35,236 bases of DNA from Fidelibacterota bacterium (lineage in GTDB: Bacteria > Fidelibacterota > Marinisomatia > Marinisomatales > UBA2128): the NCBI GenBank assembly GCA_046861645.1, contig JBHHUM010000019.1, positions 1 through 35,236 of the forward strand, in the 5' to 3' direction. Below the pieces are notes generated by a model, which saw nothing but the letters and a program-made list of their open reading frames with translations, was not told the origin of the DNA and made no database searches. Shown here piece by piece: positions 27,629-35,236 of this stretch. Each line of letters begins with the position of its first letter. Within the stretch, counting starts at the first letter, position 1. Position numbers and translations under genes: made by a program.

Positions 27629-28720
27629 ATGTCTTCGAAAAAACTTGTAGAAATTGTTGTTGCTTTAAGTCTCCTATCCCAGTTGGGATGTCTTACCCCG
27701 TCAGAACCAAATGGGGTTAGGACTGAAAACCAGGTTGTTTTAGAGACCGTGGGATATTGTCGTGATTTGGACCTTAACGATTCCATTCTGGTAGCAGCTG
27801 CGGACCAAAACGGTTACGTGGTTTATTCTATCGAATTTGGAAGTGATGGTTCTTTTTCTTATAAAGAGATTTTTGGTACCAAATCTGTAGATCATGACGG
27901 TGAAATATTTCAAGGCGGGGGAGTTCTTATAGCCAGTCGTTACAACTATTTTCTGCTGATGGACCAGGCCGATGCACTCTACTACATAAACTTCACCGAT
28001 GTTGATTCTGCAGGGCGCATTCCTTATCCCGGCTCAGAGAATAGGGATTATGTGCGGGGGTTTGCCATTGACGAATCGGACAGTACCAATCTAGTTCTAT
28101 TTTCTCTTAACCGCTCTGAAGATGGTAATTCTACTTTTATATCTTCACGATCACTTTTATATGTTTATGATGTAGAGACCAGTAAGGTGGATTTTTATTT
28201 TGGTGAATTTGAAGAAATCTCGGGTCTGAATAAGAATGCTGAAGATATTTATTTAGGCGATAGGTTCATGGTTATTGCCAATTCCCAATTAGGTGTAAAA
28301 GTTTTTCAACAGGATAGTGATGGTAGCCTAAATAGTAATATGGTTGTCTCGTATAATATCAATGGTGGTTATGAGGTACAGACCGTGATGAATCAGGGAA
28401 GTGTTATTTTTGCAGGACTATCAAACGATGGGGGTTGCCATATTGCTCAGGTGAGCGACGAGGGAGAGGTTATGGCAGAAGTACAGATTGCGAAAGGTTA
28501 CACAGTGCAGGGTTTGCATCTAAAAAGTGGGGTCCTTGCTCTGGCGTGTGGTAGTGATGGTGTGATATTATATGAATGGGAAGGGTTTGACTCGGATCCA
28601 TCTCTGCAGGAGTTGGGCCGGCTCAATACGGGTTACGCCTATAATGTTAAAGTGTACGATACCAGAAATATTTTCGTTGCTACCCGTTCTGGTGTCCAGC
28701 TTTTTCAAATAGAGAACTAA
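27629..28720 (+). CDS. Putative lipoprotein with beta-propeller (LVIVD-like) repeats
   Basis: ATG 27629; MSSKK + hydrophobic stretch + LGC (Cys21); repeats such as AEDIYLGDRFMVIANSQLGVKVF, LALACGSDGVILY, AYNVKV...IFVATRSGVQLF. Confidence 0.65.
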   Translation: MSSKKLVEIVVALSLLSQLGCLTPSEPNGVRTENQVVLETVGYCRDLDLNDSILVAAADQNGYVVYSIEFGSDGSFSYKEIFGTKSVDHDGEIFQGGGVLIASRYNYFLLMDQADALYYINFTDVDSAGRIPYPGSENRDYVRGFAIDESDSTNLVLFSLNRSEDGNSTFISSRSLLYVYDVETSKVDFYFGEFEEISGLNKNAEDIYLGDRFMVIANSQLGVKVFQQDSDGSLNSNMVVSYNINGGYEVQTVMNQGSVIFAGLSNDGGCHIAQVSDEGEVMAEVQIAKGYTVQGLHLKSGVLALACGSDGVILYEWEGFDSDPSLQELGRLNTGYAYNVKVYDTRNIFVATRSGVQLFQIEN

Positions 28721-28721
28721 C

Positions 28722-31700
28722 GTGAAATATCTTTTTGTATTCGCTTTGTCGATATCTATAGTAATCCCACAGTTTGACTGGCCAGAAAATGGTGTTGCTC
28801 TCCGGCAGGGAACTCACGTCGAGTGGCAGCGGACCGGTACAGTAGGTGAAAATGGAGAGTTTATCATAGTCTGGTCTGATACCCGTAATGGAGACCGAGA
28901 TGTTTATGCTCAAAAATTGGATAAAGAGGGTCAGACTCTTTGGGATGATGGTGGTGTTGCAGTAGTATCTGAGAATGGTCGCCAGGAGGATCCCCTCACG
29001 ATATCTGATGGCGACGGGGGCGCTTACATTGTCTGGAGAGATTATCGCTATGAAACCGATAATGGAGACGTCTTTGCCCAACATGTTCTGACAGATGGTT
29101 CCCTTGATTGGGCTGAGGAGGGTCTAGCGCTCTCAGTAGTAGAAGGTCCCCAAGAGTTTTTGAATATCTGCTCAGATGGGATGGGAGGTGCCTTTGTTAT
29201 CTGGAACGATCGATCAACAGGGTCAGCTATTGGAGGTGATATTTATGGTACACATCTTTCCCCCACTGGGGAGATCATACAACCGGGTACCGGGAAGGCA
29301 ATCATTACAGACGGAATTGATCGGGGGAGTATCAGCTTGGAAACAGGAGGTATGGGATATGCTAATCTGGTCTGGAGTGGAATACCTCAAACGGATTGGG
29401 CAGTCCTTATGGGGCAACGCTTGGATTTGGGTTGTACCACCCTCTGGTCTGAGCCTGAGGAAGGGGGGATGCTTCTCATATCATCTTCGTCTGGTGATCT
29501 GAGAACGCCCAGGGTAACACATGTCCGGGGCGATACGACGGTCATCGTTTGGGAGGATTATCGTAACAATCCTGTGAGTGCAGATATATTTTTACAATTA
29601 ATTAATGGTGATGGGGACGAACTTCTGGAAAGTGGGGGCATCGGAATCTGTCTCGATCCTGCAAAACAGAGTGTTCCACGGATAAAGGCTGATGACAGCA
29701 CCGCATATGTAGTCTGGGAAGATTTTCGTAATCATCCACTATGGGGGGATGTATATGGGCAGGCAGTGGGTATAGGTGGAACAATTCTTTGGGATAATGA
29801 TGGTAAACCTATCTCCACGGCTTATCGTAAGCAGACGGAGATTCGGCTGGTAGCGGATGGAATCACTGGGGCTTACTTTATATGGATGGATGAGCGTGAC
29901 GCAGAATATCCGCAGAATGATATCTATTTACAGCATATAAACCGAGATGGAATGGAGAGTTTTGATGTAGATGGTTTGGCAGTTTCACAGGCGAGTAATT
30001 TCCAGTTCAATCCCTTGGTACGCCCGGATGGTAATGGTGGAGCTTTTGCCTGCTGGGGTGACCAGCGGACAGGGAGTGTCGGACTCTATGTACAGCATAT
30101 CACACCTGATAGTGGTATCAGTCTGGAGGAGAATGGATTGGAGGTGTTTTATGGTATTGGAGGAGATGCTTTAAATCATAAGGCGTTGATACTGGACAAT
30201 AACAAAACACTCGTCTACTGGCAAGATATGCGCGCTGGTGGCGAAAACCCTCAAACCTATGGTGTTATTGTCACACCCGGTTTTGATCCTGAGGCTGCCC
30301 TAAACGGTATCCTTCTATCAACAAATCCACATCAATCATTTCCTCAGGCTGTTACCGTGGGGAGTAATATTTTTCTTTCGTTTCGTGGAAAAAATGAGGA
30401 GGGAGCCCTAAATCAATATTACCAGATTCTCGATTTTGATCTAAACATGATCGGTGATACAGTAGGTTTACCTGTCTACGAGAATCCTTTTGGTTTTAAC
30501 CAGGAATACGCTGCTCTGACTACCGGTGAAGATGGTTATGTTTACTATGCTTTTTCAGATCTTAGGGTTACAGACTATGATGTTTATCTGCAGAAGATTT
30601 CTGCAACGGGTGAACCGCAATGGGGAGATGGTGGAATCCTTGTAGGGGGACTCTCGAATGATGATATTGTCCAGACGGTAGCGCCGCTTTTGGGTGGGGG
30701 TTGTGTCGTCTCTTGGACTGGAGGACCTTGGAATGATCTTAATGTTTTCGCACAAGCCGTGGATGAAAATGGTGACGTGGCTGCTGGATGGTCAGAGGAA
30801 CCACTGGTCATTTCTGATGCTAATGGCTATCAGCATAACATACAATTGCTTAGATCGGGTGATGATTTAGCATTTATCTGGGAGGATACCCGTAATCAGA
30901 ACAGTGATATCTTTGCCCAAGTCATTAGTTCTGATGGAGCAGTTTTAGGAGCAGCTAATGGGTTTGCTGTAGTTGAGAAGCTTAATGATCAGAAAAGACC
31001 TGCGGCAACGTTTAATGCTACTGCGAACGAAATATTCGTTTGCTGGGAAGATTTTGAATCGGGGTACGATTTTGATTTATCAACGGCAACAATTGTCAGA
31101 GACGGTCTTGAGGTAAGTGAAGAAACTATCCTCGTTTTCGAAGAAGGCGACCAGCTGGAACCTACGGTAGCTCAAAGTAGCGAGGCCAACTATATGCTAT
31201 CTTGGCAAGATTCCCGAAGTAGTGGTGAAGCAGATATCTACTACCAGCAGTTTGATCCGACCGGTGCAATTTATCCCGAAGGTGGTATTATAGTTTGTGC
31301 CGAGTCATTTGCCCAAGTATCTCCTCTTATTATTCGTTATAATAGTTTTGATGATGCCTACATCATCATCTGGCAAGACTTACGCAGCTCGGGAAAAGAA
31401 GAGCTCAGGAATCTTTATGCACAGTCCATAACAATCGATGTTTCGGCAGTTGAACCAGTAAGAGGAATCCCTGATACGATGATTCTTTTTCAAAATTACC
31501 CCAATCCATTTAATCCTCAGACAGTTATAAGATTTGGTGTTCCAGAGCTTTCCGAAATACGCATATCGATTTATGATCTATTAGGTCGAGAGCTGAAAAT
31601 ACTGACGAGTGGTATAATGGAAAGTGATGAGTACCTGATCCATTGGGATGGTCGTACCAGTGCTGGTTTACCGGTTTCAACGGGGATATATTTCTGCAGA

Positions 31701-31769
31701 TTAGAAGGTCATGTGTTGGCTTCTGGACAGAGGTATCGACAAGTTATTAGGATGACAGTAATGGAATAG
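28722..31769 (+). CDS. Secreted protein with about 16 W-x-D-x-R...D-I/V-Y/F-x-Q repeats (probable double beta-propeller) and T9SS-like CTD
   Basis: GTG start 1 nt after the previous stop; signal peptide; repeats from FIIVWSDTRNGDRDVYAQ to YIIIWQDLRSS...NLYAQ; NYPNPFNP...YDLLGR...STGIYF CTD. Confidence 0.8.
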   Translation: MKYLFVFALSISIVIPQFDWPENGVALRQGTHVEWQRTGTVGENGEFIIVWSDTRNGDRDVYAQKLDKEGQTLWDDGGVAVVSENGRQEDPLTISDGDGGAYIVWRDYRYETDNGDVFAQHVLTDGSLDWAEEGLALSVVEGPQEFLNICSDGMGGAFVIWNDRSTGSAIGGDIYGTHLSPTGEIIQPGTGKAIITDGIDRGSISLETGGMGYANLVWSGIPQTDWAVLMGQRLDLGCTTLWSEPEEGGMLLISSSSGDLRTPRVTHVRGDTTVIVWEDYRNNPVSADIFLQLINGDGDELLESGGIGICLDPAKQSVPRIKADDSTAYVVWEDFRNHPLWGDVYGQAVGIGGTILWDNDGKPISTAYRKQTEIRLVADGITGAYFIWMDERDAEYPQNDIYLQHINRDGMESFDVDGLAVSQASNFQFNPLVRPDGNGGAFACWGDQRTGSVGLYVQHITPDSGISLEENGLEVFYGIGGDALNHKALILDNNKTLVYWQDMRAGGENPQTYGVIVTPGFDPEAALNGILLSTNPHQSFPQAVTVGSNIFLSFRGKNEEGALNQYYQILDFDLNMIGDTVGLPVYENPFGFNQEYAALTTGEDGYVYYAFSDLRVTDYDVYLQKISATGEPQWGDGGILVGGLSNDDIVQTVAPLLGGGCVVSWTGGPWNDLNVFAQAVDENGDVAAGWSEEPLVISDANGYQHNIQLLRSGDDLAFIWEDTRNQNSDIFAQVISSDGAVLGAANGFAVVEKLNDQKRPAATFNATANEIFVCWEDFESGYDFDLSTATIVRDGLEVSEETILVFEEGDQLEPTVAQSSEANYMLSWQDSRSSGEADIYYQQFDPTGAIYPEGGIIVCAESFAQVSPLIIRYNSFDDAYIIIWQDLRSSGKEELRNLYAQSITIDVSAVEPVRGIPDTMILFQNYPNPFNPQTVIRFGVPELSEIRISIYDLLGRELKILTSGIMESDEYLIHWDGRTSAGLPVSTGIYFCRLEGHVLASGQRYRQVIRMTVME

Positions 31770-31798
31770 AGTATTTCTGCCAGGTGTCAGCTTTTTTG

Positions 31799-31827
31799 TT
31801 GCACTTTCTCAAACCGCCGTCTATCTT
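31799..31827 (+). promoter_or_regulatory. Putative sigma70 promoter immediately before priA
   Basis: TTGCAC (31799-31804), 17-nt spacer, TATCTT (31822-31827); ATG at 31836. Confidence 0.55.
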
Positions 31828-31835
31828 CGCCTACC

Positions 31836-34070
31836 ATGTATGCAGATGTCTCTTTCCCGATTTCCAGTTATAAAGTGTTTACCTATCGGATTCCCAAGGA
31901 ATTCATCAGCTCGGTGCGCGTAGGTGTACGTGTGCGGGCGCCCTTTGGTACCAGAAAATCTGCACAGGGTGTAGTAGTCGGTCGACATGGAAAGTCGAAG
32001 TTTAGGGGACATGTCCTTGCCATTAAAGAAGTCGTGGATGATACACCTATCTTTGATGGAAAACTTTGGGATCTTTTGAATTGGGTCAGCCGTTATTATC
32101 TGACACCGTTAGGACAGGTAATGAAAACTGCGGTGCCACCGAAACTCACACGATCCTATTCTCCCCCTGAGCAGTTGATGGTACAAGCCACAATCCTTAC
32201 TGACAGGGAATTGTTGGAGCTTAAGGAAAAGGCACCGCGTCAATACGAAGTGATGGTACTTCTTGCACAGTATGAAAAGGCCGTTCCGGTTTCTTCATTG
32301 CATACTATCGTTGCCAATCCTTCTGTTATCGTTCGTGCCTTGGCAAAAAAGAAGTATGTTATTTTAGAGTCGACATCCAGGATACCGGATTTAGGCCGAT
32401 TATCGCTAACCCCCATTGAAAAAGAGATTACTTTTTCCAGGGAGCAGTCTGTAGTGGTCAGAAATCTGGAACGGGAGCTGGCTGAGAAGCGCTTCATCCC
32501 TTATCTTTTTCATGGAGTAACAGGGAGTGGAAAGACTGAAGTTTATCTCCATCTGGCCCTAGAGGCCGAAGCCATTGGTCGCAGTTCTATTCTCCTCCTG
32601 CCGGAGATATCGCTAACTCCTCAGATTGCGGCTCGCTTCCGGGCGGTATTTGGAGAGAAAGTTGCCCTTTGGCATAGCAGAATGTCAGCTGCCGAGCGGG
32701 CTTGGACCTGGAGGCAAATATGCCGTGGTGCTTATACTGTAGTGGTTGGCGCTCGCAGTGCAATCTTCACTCCTCTGCAGAAGGTGGGGCTTATTATTGT
32801 AGATGAAGAACAGGAAGGGAGTTATAAGCAAGAGAGTCCAGCGCCCCGTTATCACGCCCGGGATGTAGCCCTTATGCGGGGGAAATTAAGTGGAGCTCTT
32901 ACTATCCTGGCCAGTGCTACACCCAGCCTGGAGTCGTTTTATAATCAAGCTGTGGGCAAGTTAGAGTATATTCGGCTCAAGGTTCGTTATGGTAAAGCTA
33001 AGTACCCTCAGGTACACTTGGTTAACATGATAACTGAACGTGAACAAACAGGGGATTATGGAATAATTATTTCGCGACTTCTACAGAAGAAGATAGTAGA
33101 ACGGCTCCAGCAGAAGGAACAGATCATTCTTTTGCAAAATCGTCGTGGGTTTGCACCGGTCATGGAGTGCCGGGATTGTGGCCGGGTAGAGATGTGTCAG
33201 AACTGTGAAATTACCCTCACTTTTCACAAGATAGGAAACACACTTCGTTGTCACTATTGTGGATTGGAACGAGTTGTTCCCATGACCTGTCCTGAGTGCG
33301 GTGGAACTAATTTAGTACTCTCGGGTATTGGAACTCAAAAGGTTGAGGACAGTCTCGATAGATTATTCCCGGAGGCAAGGTTATTGAGGATGGATTGGGA
33401 TACTACTCGTCGTCGGGGAGCCCATGTCAGGATGTTGGAGCAATTCGGGAAAGGTGATTATGATATTCTTCTGGGAACACAAATGATTGCCAAAGGGCTG
33501 GATTTCGGAAATGTTACCCTAGTAGGTGTGATCAATGCTGATGCCGGTTTATTTCTTCCTGATTTTAGAGCTGGGGAGCGAACGTTTCAGCTTATCTATC
33601 AGGTGGCAGGGCGCTCAGGCCGGAGTGATAGACCTGGGGAGGTGATTATTCAAACAGGTGATCCTGATCATCCGGCTGTGAAGATTGCTGCCCAACTTGA
33701 TTTGGAGAAGTATTACAATATCGCCCTGAACGAACGACAGGAACTTAAGTACGTACCTTTCAGTTGGATGGCAAAGATAGAATGCGCCGGGAAAAAGCAG
33801 TTAGACGTCGAACGGAGGACAAACGTTGTTAAGAGAAATCTGAAGAATAAGCCCCGATTTATTGAAATTCTGGGACCGGCACCCTGTCCACTGGAACGAA
33901 TTAGAGGAGATTATCGTTATCAGGTGGTGTTGAAATCTCCCAAGGAGAAAGATAAGAACGGCAGAGCGCTGCACCACTTTCTAGAAACCAATCTTTTAAA
34001 TACTGACAAATTGAAAACAATAAAAGGTGTCACAGTTCATGTGGATATCGACCCGGTATCGCTTTTGTAG
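31836..34070 (+). CDS. priA: Replication restart helicase PriA (primosomal protein N')
   Basis: FTYRIP, GVTGSGKTEVY, PEISLTPQ, VGARSA, VDEEQ..SYKQ...PRYHARD, SATPSLES, four CxxC (CRDC, CQNC, CHYC, CPEC), GTQMIAKGLDF, QVAGRSGR, VDIDP motifs. Confidence 0.98.
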   Translation: MYADVSFPISSYKVFTYRIPKEFISSVRVGVRVRAPFGTRKSAQGVVVGRHGKSKFRGHVLAIKEVVDDTPIFDGKLWDLLNWVSRYYLTPLGQVMKTAVPPKLTRSYSPPEQLMVQATILTDRELLELKEKAPRQYEVMVLLAQYEKAVPVSSLHTIVANPSVIVRALAKKKYVILESTSRIPDLGRLSLTPIEKEITFSREQSVVVRNLERELAEKRFIPYLFHGVTGSGKTEVYLHLALEAEAIGRSSILLLPEISLTPQIAARFRAVFGEKVALWHSRMSAAERAWTWRQICRGAYTVVVGARSAIFTPLQKVGLIIVDEEQEGSYKQESPAPRYHARDVALMRGKLSGALTILASATPSLESFYNQAVGKLEYIRLKVRYGKAKYPQVHLVNMITEREQTGDYGIIISRLLQKKIVERLQQKEQIILLQNRRGFAPVMECRDCGRVEMCQNCEITLTFHKIGNTLRCHYCGLERVVPMTCPECGGTNLVLSGIGTQKVEDSLDRLFPEARLLRMDWDTTRRRGAHVRMLEQFGKGDYDILLGTQMIAKGLDFGNVTLVGVINADAGLFLPDFRAGERTFQLIYQVAGRSGRSDRPGEVIIQTGDPDHPAVKIAAQLDLEKYYNIALNERQELKYVPFSWMAKIECAGKKQLDVERRTNVVKRNLKNKPRFIEILGPAPCPLERIRGDYRYQVVLKSPKEKDKNGRALHHFLETNLLNTDKLKTIKGVTVHVDIDPVSLL

Positions 34071-34983
34071 TAGAGTCATACCTATCAGTCTGATATGGGC
34101 CGTATTGAATCCCATAAATGCTGTTGGATCCTACACCATACTGGAGATTCCATTTCACGCCCGATCCCTTAGCATGGCTGGAGCGGGTACTGCTGATCCG
34201 GGAGGGCGAGATGCCTCAGCATTTAATCCGGCGCTCATCGGCGTTAAAGGGGAGAATACACAACACCTTTTTCTTTCCCTGCTCAGTTATCCGGGGGAGA
34301 TAAATACTGGAGCTATCGAATGGCAGACTACTTGGCGTGGGATACCAACAGCCCTATCTTTACGTCACGTGAGTTACGGAGATTTTGACCGGTTAGATGA
34401 CAGTGGGATTAAAACAGGGACCTTTAACGCTGGGGATAGTTGGGTCTCAGCTGCTGCCAGTTACCCCTTAGGATCTATTTTAGCTTTTGGGGTTTCAACC
34501 GGGCTTCTGGTGAGTCAGGTGGACAATGTTTCCGCAACCTTGGGACTGCTAACCGCGGGGATGGCTATAAATGTTCCCAGTTACAATCTGCATTTAGGAC
34601 TGGCATTAAACAATCTGGGGTTCATTATTTCCAACTATACTGATCATAATGAGTTGGTTCCCAAAAGCATTACTGCTGGTGTTACGAAGAAATTGAAATA
34701 TCTACCGCTGGAGTTGTCTATAGATGGCAGCTGGTGGAATAGTGAAGATCGCAGTGTGATTCGGATAGGAGGTGAGTTTTCACTTCCCCATGATTTGTAC
34801 TTCAGATGGGGGACCAGTACTTACAAGTTGGAGCAAACCACTCAAAACCTCTGGCGGGATATTGCCACCGGGACGGCCTTTGGGGTGGGATTAGCTATCG
34901 ATAAACTAATAGTAGATATAGGGTTTAACTATGGTGGAGTAGAGGGAATTGTTATGGGAATTGGGATCTCCTGGCGATTTTGA
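34039..34983 (+). CDS. PorV/PorQ-family (FadL-like) outer-membrane barrel, T9SS-associated
   Basis: Signal peptide, then ILEIPFHARSLSMAGA...NPA N-terminal motif, YG.F...D..G..TG.F, alternating strands and a C-terminal GISWRF. Overlaps the priA end; the start may be GTG 34027. Confidence 0.72.
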   Translation: MWISTRYRFCSRVIPISLIWAVLNPINAVGSYTILEIPFHARSLSMAGAGTADPGGRDASAFNPALIGVKGENTQHLFLSLLSYPGEINTGAIEWQTTWRGIPTALSLRHVSYGDFDRLDDSGIKTGTFNAGDSWVSAAASYPLGSILAFGVSTGLLVSQVDNVSATLGLLTAGMAINVPSYNLHLGLALNNLGFIISNYTDHNELVPKSITAGVTKKLKYLPLELSIDGSWWNSEDRSVIRIGGEFSLPHDLYFRWGTSTYKLEQTTQNLWRDIATGTAFGVGLAIDKLIVDIGFNYGGVEGIVMGIGISWRF

Positions 34984-35093
34984 TATATGAGTAGTGGTGG
35001 ATATAAAGTTACCTGGTCACTAATAATTATTGAAGGTTATGTTCCATAAACTCACTGAATTAGACATAATGAAAATATTCAACACCTGTCCCG

Positions 35094-35236
35094 TACAGTC
35101 ACATGCTCCTTACCTTGATACACTCCCCGATACAGTCACTCCGTTCCCTACGGGGCCGGCGTTCCTCAATTATCGGGTAATCAGGGCAGGCGCAGGGCAG
35201 GCAGCGTTGGCGATCTATTATGATTGCCTGCCTGTC
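35094..35236. repeat. Cluster of short direct and inverted repeats (REP-like), truncated by the window end
   Basis: TACAGTCAC x2 (35094, 35131); CCCGATA/TATCGGG inverted pair; CAGGGCAGGC x2 (35182, 35193); TGCCTGCC near 35225 complementary to GGCAGGCA. Confidence 0.4.

Noticed and set aside
31777..31797. Terminator after the 1015-aa gene (CTGCCA-GG-TGTCAG plus T tract)
   Set aside because: The stem is short and mismatched, and the T tract may simply be upstream promoter DNA of priA; too weak to call.
1348..34643. Many 60-150 aa antisense or alternate-frame ORFs inside long genes (e.g. 7791-8135, 23507-23959, 28680-29084)
   Set aside because: They are fully nested in well-supported genes, have no domain signal, and are expected as shadow ORFs.
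1..35236. CRISPR array, rRNA, integrase/transposase or prophage
   Set aside because: No regularly spaced nucleotide repeats, rRNA-like segments or mobile-element proteins are seen. The repeats in 28722-31769 are degenerate protein-level repeats.

Overview
Bacterial chromosomal window, most likely from an FCB-superphylum organism. A Marinimicrobia/Marinisomatota-like lineage is my inference from gene content: many YPNPFNP-type C-terminal sorting domains, a PorV/PorQ-family barrel, rpsF-rpsR-rplI without ssb, and a Na+-type membrane pyrophosphatase. 1-1100 holds a decayed HTH + minimal-nucleotidyltransferase gene. 1300-10902 is a housekeeping run: ruvB, queA, ispD, ispF, ispE, tRNA-Gln(TTG), prs, rplY, pth, hppA, rpsF, rpsR, rplI. 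10963-22949 is a divergent cluster of four secreted proteins with type IX secretion (T9SS)-like C-terminal domains (CTDs): two gingipain/C25-like proteins that both lack the catalytic His, an M14 metallocarboxypeptidase and a small beta-propeller. 22983-31769 is a tightly coupled operon: poly-gamma-glutamate genes pgsB-pgsC-pgsW (no pgsA/capD), then a basic tandem-domain exported protein, an outer-membrane beta-barrel, a lipoprotein propeller and a 16-repeat double-propeller CTD protein. priA and a PorQ/PorV-like barrel follow. The most interesting candidate system is a diderm poly-gamma-glutamate synthesis/export locus embedded among T9SS cargo and attachment-type genes. ispE also lacks a canonical in-frame start codon upstream of its conserved N-terminal motif. 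All family calls come from motif recognition by eye; no searches were run.
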